Of a DNA stretch of 64,000 nucleotides, positions 60,501-64,000 are shown piece after piece. Source of the DNA: an uncultured Clostridia bacterium (lineage in GTDB: Bacteria > Bacillota > Clostridia > TANB77 > CAG-508); contig CALXFE010000004.1 of assembly GCA_944387545.1 (NCBI GenBank), forward strand, positions 6,562 through 70,561. The letters are read 5' to 3'. Each line of letters opens with the position of its first letter. The stretch's first letter is position 1. The notes beneath the pieces are model-generated. The model saw only the letters and a list, made by a program, of their open reading frames with translations. It searched no databases and was not told the DNA's origin. The translations under genes were made by a program, and so were the position numbers.

Positions 60501-63500
60501 ATAACTGAATTACATTATTATTGTTATTTTCTCCTAATCTTACATCTATTGATTTCCCTTCATTGCTTGCCAAGTTGATAAATTTATATGTGCTATCATC
60601 TATTCTTAATATTCTCCATAGCTGCTTTTTCTCGTTATTTTTATATTCTTGTTGTATTATTTCTACAGAATTTGTATTAGCATCTCCTGAAACCTCTAAA
60701 TATAATCCACTATTTTTAGCTTTTAATCTGTATACTTCTCCTGATTCCACAACTTGTTCATCTAATAATGTATGATTGCCATCTATATCATATAGTTTCA
60801 ATTTTTGTGTTGATTTTCCTTCCCATTTAGATACTAAAATTCTTGTTCCATCTTTTGGACTATCCGTTTCTAAGGAAATACAATAATCATCACCTTTTTC
60901 TTTATTTACTAATCTAATTGTTCCATCCAAATTATCAATTGCTTTCCATTGTTGATTATTCGAATTTCTTTCACTCCATTGTTGTATGATTCCTGTACCC
61001 ATATCTAAGTCTACTGCTTTGTTAGAATGGTTTGCTAATATTTTAAAGTATCCATCTTCCTGCTCTACAAATTTAAATTCTTTATTTTTATATCCTTCTA
61101 AGAATTCCCACTGATGTATATCTCCTCCATTATTAGTACTAGAATATCTAACATCCATAACGCTATTAGTACTAGCAAATTTTATATTATATATTTTATT
61201 GTTTTCTGGCATTATAGCTTTATCTGTTTCTTCAACTTTTGTTGATATCACATTTCCTTTATTATCATAATTGAATTTGTATTCTTGTCCGACTGTATTC
61301 ATAGCTTTTAGTAATCTATTTTTGTGATTATAGTCATATTCATATATATAACTTCCACCCTTAGGATTTATGGATTTAGCTACATCTCCTTCTGAACTAT
61401 ACTTAAAGGTACTTTCTTTTTTAGCATTATCTTCACTAGACACAATATTTCCAGTTTTGTCATATTGATAACTATTTCCTTTTTCATCTTTAAATAATCC
61501 TATATTATCCCAAAAAGTATCATTTGCATTATAATTATTTATTAGATAAATGGTTATTGCTTTATAATCACTATCTGTAATAAATTCTTCTGACATATAT
61601 TGCCATTGTGAAGTATCCGTATTTACAAAAGAGTTTAGCCATTGTATTGAGTTATCATTCCTAACAATTCCTATTGTTACTCTTACACTTTTCCCCGCAC
61701 TGCCTTCTTCTTGTAATCCATAAGATTTCACCCAATAAGATAAATTATATATATCTCCCTTGTTTCCAGAGATATCTATTTTTTGATATAATTTCTTAAT
61801 TTTATACGCTGTTCCCCACGTTTTATATACATTGTTATTATCTATATTCAAAATACATTCATTCGAATCAGCATTGTCTAATTTTTGCCAATTATCTAAT
61901 CCGCTATCAAAAAATGCATTTTTAACAAGATTATTTGGCATTTCTTTTACACATATTAGATTAGATTCAAGTGTTAATTTGTTTTTGTTTTCATCACTTG
62001 TACCATATTTATACATTTTTCCATAAGCATTATTAACATTATTTCCTTCTTTTCCAAAATCCCCTATACTAATGGTTTTCCCAGAATTATTAAATGTGTA
62101 TACATTACTATATCCTTGATTATCCCTAAATTTCGTTGTATTATTTTCATAAAGTATATCTAATGAATTTCCTTCTTCATTATTTGCTCCATATTCTTTT
62201 ACACTTTTTACTCTATTTACTTTTTGTCTATAATAATCATATGTATGAGAATAACCATCAATATTTTTTACTTTTGTCAGTAGATTTAAGTTATCATATT
62301 CATAATAGCTACTTTTTCCATCAAAATATTTAATTTGTGTAAGATTACCATTGGTATTATAATAATATTCCATTTTTCGATTATTAATATCTTTTATTGC
62401 TGATAACTTTCCATTTGTATATTCTAAGTTGATTGTTTTTCCTACTCCATCAATAACAGATGTTATTTTACCATTTCCATCCATATCAACAATGATTTTT
62501 TGGTGCTCTGTATTTTCACTTTCATATAAAAACCATTTATCATTTATCTTCTTAAATCTTAATATATTTCCCTGTACATCCTGCATTATAAATATATTAT
62601 TTTCCAATTTCAGTCTTAGATTTAATCCATCTTCATCTACATATATGTTCTCTTTTTTCTTAAAATAATGTTCTGTTCCATCTTCATCAATATATTTTGC
62701 ATATTCCACATTATTAATTGTTACTAATGTTATTTCTTGTCCATAATTTAATCTAAATCCTTTTCCATAACCTATATCTATATCTTTATTATTCGTATTG
62801 TAAACATGAGAAATACTTACTGGCAATATATTTCCCGGTGTTTCAAGATCTGTATGTGTTAATACAACATTTCCATTATAGTCATTTGTATTTACTTCTC
62901 CTGCTCTTCCCACATTTTGTGTGTGATATGTCATATTACTTTCTAAACCTGTCTGATTTCTATACACAATTTGTATCATTGGTCTACCATCTATATATTC
63001 CACATGTGTATTAGCAGATAGAAAATACGCATCTGATTGTGGATAATTATATGTTTCAATATTATCTTTTAGCATAACACCATAATTATTCCCATTCACA
63101 TACCAATCTTTAACAATTGCAGTAATGTTAAAATAATTAAATTTAAAAGGTGAATTTTCATCATATTTATATTTTATATAATCGGTAATATGTGTATCAT
63201 AATTATTATTACAATTATCCCAGTTTGCTGTTGCCTCATCCCAATCAGCAGTCATTTTATGAAGATTAATTTGCATCTCATTTGGCGATGGTGTCCATTC
63301 CTCTGTATCTGGATAATTGCATATACTTAAATCCGCAGCTACTACTTGGTCTCCAGCTTTTAGTTCTGGTAATGTAAACTTTATCAATCCTCTAGGTGCT
63401 TCTTTTAGTCTATTATTACTACCTATTCTAATAATATGTGCTTTGTGTCTATTAGGTGTGTTATTATCACCTTTAAATATAAAGGTATCTTTTATATCAT

Positions 63501-63966
63501 TATAGTATAAGGATGTGTTAATCGTTGGGTCTATCGTTACAGGATATTCTCTTTCTTCTGCTTCCAACCATTCTGTATCTGGTATAATTTCTAAAATGTA
63601 ATAATCTCCTTCTTTTTCTAAAATCACATCTATCTTATCTGATTGATTTAATTGATTGTCAAACATATACGGTGCTTCTATTTTAAAAATAACATTTGTT
63701 TTTTCTCTATTATATACTATTACTTCTTTATTTTCATTCAGCTCCATTATCATATCATTTGCTTGATATCGAAAAACAAATTTTTCTTGAATCGCATCTT
63801 TATCTTTTATGATTATACTTTCTTTTATACTATCTGATGTATTTTGATATTTTAAATCAATCTGTTCCATTATATTTTCATAATTAATTTCTGATGAGAT
63901 TTTATCTAAATTTACTTTTTCTTGGCTCTCTTTAGAATATATTTTATTGTTCATATTACTTTCCAA
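57505..63966 (-). CDS. RHS/YD-repeat polymorphic toxin (2153 aa within the window, N-terminus possibly beyond 64000). It carries ricin-B-type lectin repeats and an unrecognised C-terminal toxin domain.
   Basis: Multiple YD repeats are present. The RHS core end is RYYNPEIGRFINADAY...NMYAYCQNNPINRIDIEGH (the PxxxxDPxGL equivalent). Repeated QxW lectin motifs (QQWK/QEWK/QRWI) lie at about 59650-61090. The frame is still open at the window edge. Confidence 0.85.
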   Translation of the reverse strand: MESNMNNKIYSKESQEKVNLDKISSEINYENIMEQIDLKYQNTSDSIKESIIIKDKDAIQEKFVFRYQANDMIMELNENKEVIVYNREKTNVIFKIEAPYMFDNQLNQSDKIDVILEKEGDYYILEIIPDTEWLEAEEREYPVTIDPTINTSLYYNDIKDTFIFKGDNNTPNRHKAHIIRIGSNNRLKEAPRGLIKFTLPELKAGDQVVAADLSICNYPDTEEWTPSPNEMQINLHKMTADWDEATANWDNCNNNYDTHITDYIKYKYDENSPFKFNYFNITAIVKDWYVNGNNYGVMLKDNIETYNYPQSDAYFLSANTHVEYIDGRPMIQIVYRNQTGLESNMTYHTQNVGRAGEVNTNDYNGNVVLTHTDLETPGNILPVSISHVYNTNNKDIDIGYGKGFRLNYGQEITLVTINNVEYAKYIDEDGTEHYFKKKENIYVDEDGLNLRLKLENNIFIMQDVQGNILRFKKINDKWFLYESENTEHQKIIVDMDGNGKITSVIDGVGKTINLEYTNGKLSAIKDINNRKMEYYYNTNGNLTQIKYFDGKSSYYEYDNLNLLTKVKNIDGYSHTYDYYRQKVNRVKSVKEYGANNEEGNSLDILYENNTTKFRDNQGYSNVYTFNNSGKTISIGDFGKEGNNVNNAYGKMYKYGTSDENKNKLTLESNLICVKEMPNNLVKNAFFDSGLDNWQKLDNADSNECILNIDNNNVYKTWGTAYKIKKLYQKIDISGNKGDIYNLSYWVKSYGLQEEGSAGKSVRVTIGIVRNDNSIQWLNSFVNTDTSQWQYMSEEFITDSDYKAITIYLINNYNANDTFWDNIGLFKDEKGNSYQYDKTGNIVSSEDNAKKESTFKYSSEGDVAKSINPKGGSYIYEYDYNHKNRLLKAMNTVGQEYKFNYDNKGNVISTKVEETDKAIMPENNKIYNIKFASTNSVMDVRYSSTNNGGDIHQWEFLEGYKNKEFKFVEQEDGYFKILANHSNKAVDLDMGTGIIQQWSERNSNNQQWKAIDNLDGTIRLVNKEKGDDYCISLETDSPKDGTRILVSKWEGKSTQKLKLYDIDGNHTLLDEQVVESGEVYRLKAKNSGLYLEVSGDANTNSVEIIQQEYKNNEKKQLWRILRIDDSTYKFINLASNEGKSIDVRLGENNNNNVIQLYESSENNLSQEWKLVNNGNNTYSIRSKLSGTERAITIQNNTTDIGAKGTIYDITGGANQSFYLEKADLVDIDAGATYKIRAKHSGKYIGVNNNKLEQQDSNDENSQRWILKKLNNGYYKIVSKADKTKVMDIDNANPAEGTAVNIYREWGEKGENSAQEFEFVPVGDGSFAIKPRLTNGKRCLDVEDASTSSGVKIWSWSINNSAAQQFFLEEVIPSEEKKYIETTGTYSEDGRYLAKQTDEAGNETNYVYDENKGLVTKEIDSNNGETIYSYDANTDLTTQVSKQVGEKTYTNQYTYENDNIKTIKHNGITYEFVYDGYGNVKDIKLGNQSLKTTIYDSKNGNLLQSTYGNNQNVKYQYDRFNRIIKKEKTTGNIEFNYDAKSNLKTIKDNTTGITTNYSYDLANRMTKAENNKGLTILYEYDDNSNINKTEYKLNDKTNIMNHNFDSDNNINSILFNNSVVKINYDRLARGTSKNIINEKGTYTTQYEYKNTETPNKTTTILESIKNGNNEAIHYTYNNMGYIETIKNGNEFLAKYQYDGLGQLTREDNKEQEKTIIYEYDTGGNILNKKEYAYTEGDITTQPTKVIEYIYNNANWKDQLTTYNGKQITYDAIGNPLTYDGNTYTWQNGRELAGIQNTEKGLNITYKYTDDGIRTEKTVNGETTAYHLDGEIVIYETKGNDTIYYQYDDSQNLIGFQLNNEQYYYIRNGQNDIIGILDNNLNQIVSYTYDTWGKLISIKDGEGNDVTNNANHIGYKNPYRYRGYRYDTETGLYYLQSRYYNPEIGRFINADAYLQTGQGLLDKNMYAYCQNNPINRIDIEGHFFTGVINFFKKICKTVAGWFGVSSQVTVLEKETIIHTPKYSPISVETGYRKSTVSSKKGDSSKLISVYANGVVKSPKSSNIGIKFNISRTTLDLSLGLDNTSLKFSINNGDTTSTAGIVLDITKFKIGFEAESEIQIDENILDSTYANTSISGGFLIGLYALYTTGSWNLQPAY

Positions 63967-64000
63967 GATTTCTTTATCATTTGCGTTATTCTTTATTTCT

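Noticed and set aside
1-64000. CRISPR arrays, rRNA or tRNA genes.
   Set aside because: No regularly spaced direct repeats were seen, and no rRNA-like or cloverleaf-compatible GC-rich segments. Every GC-richer island I checked was coding or a simple terminator hairpin.

Overview
This is an AT-rich (roughly 25-28% GC) window from a low-GC Firmicute, probably Clostridium-like. Almost every gene is on the minus strand. Three blocks are visible.

(1) Positions 1 to about 31.17 kb are one end of a large integrative or conjugative mobile element. It starts with a replication, anti-restriction and recombination module: a CHC2 zinc-finger primase-like protein, ArdC-like antirestriction protein, two DNA methyltransferase-like genes, a ribosomal S6-like gene followed by SSB, an amidoligase plus class-II glutamine amidotransferase pair, an SbcC/Rad50-like zinc-hook ATPase and an ERF single-strand annealing protein. 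It continues with a Gram-positive type IV secretion conjugation module: a TraG/VirD4-like coupling protein, a VirB4-like ATPase, a VirB6-like polytopic protein, an M23 cell-wall hydrolase, VirB2- and VirB3-like small membrane proteins, sortase plus an LPXTG surface protein, SpoVG-like and Rep-like genes. The visible edge of the element abuts a uvrB gene that stops after codon 91.

(2) Positions 31.4-54.4 kb are chromosomal. They carry three paralogous small polytopic membrane proteins, pepF, a LysM membrane protein, an orphan dpaB, a DedA protein, a GNAT acetyltransferase, a gtrA-gtrB-gtrC-like glycosylation triad, and an ABC-transporter-dependent glycopolymer locus. That locus has at least seven glycosyltransferases (two apparently frameshifted) and a pyruvyl-transferase/Fe-S fusion protein.

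(3) Positions 54.5-64 kb hold a 2153-aa RHS/YD-repeat polymorphic toxin. Its reading frame is still open at the window end. It has ricin-type lectin repeats and an unrecognised C-terminal tip of about 174 aa. It is followed by a membrane immunity candidate, a DUF4259-like immunity gene and small orphan cassettes.

I saw no rRNA, tRNA or CRISPR.
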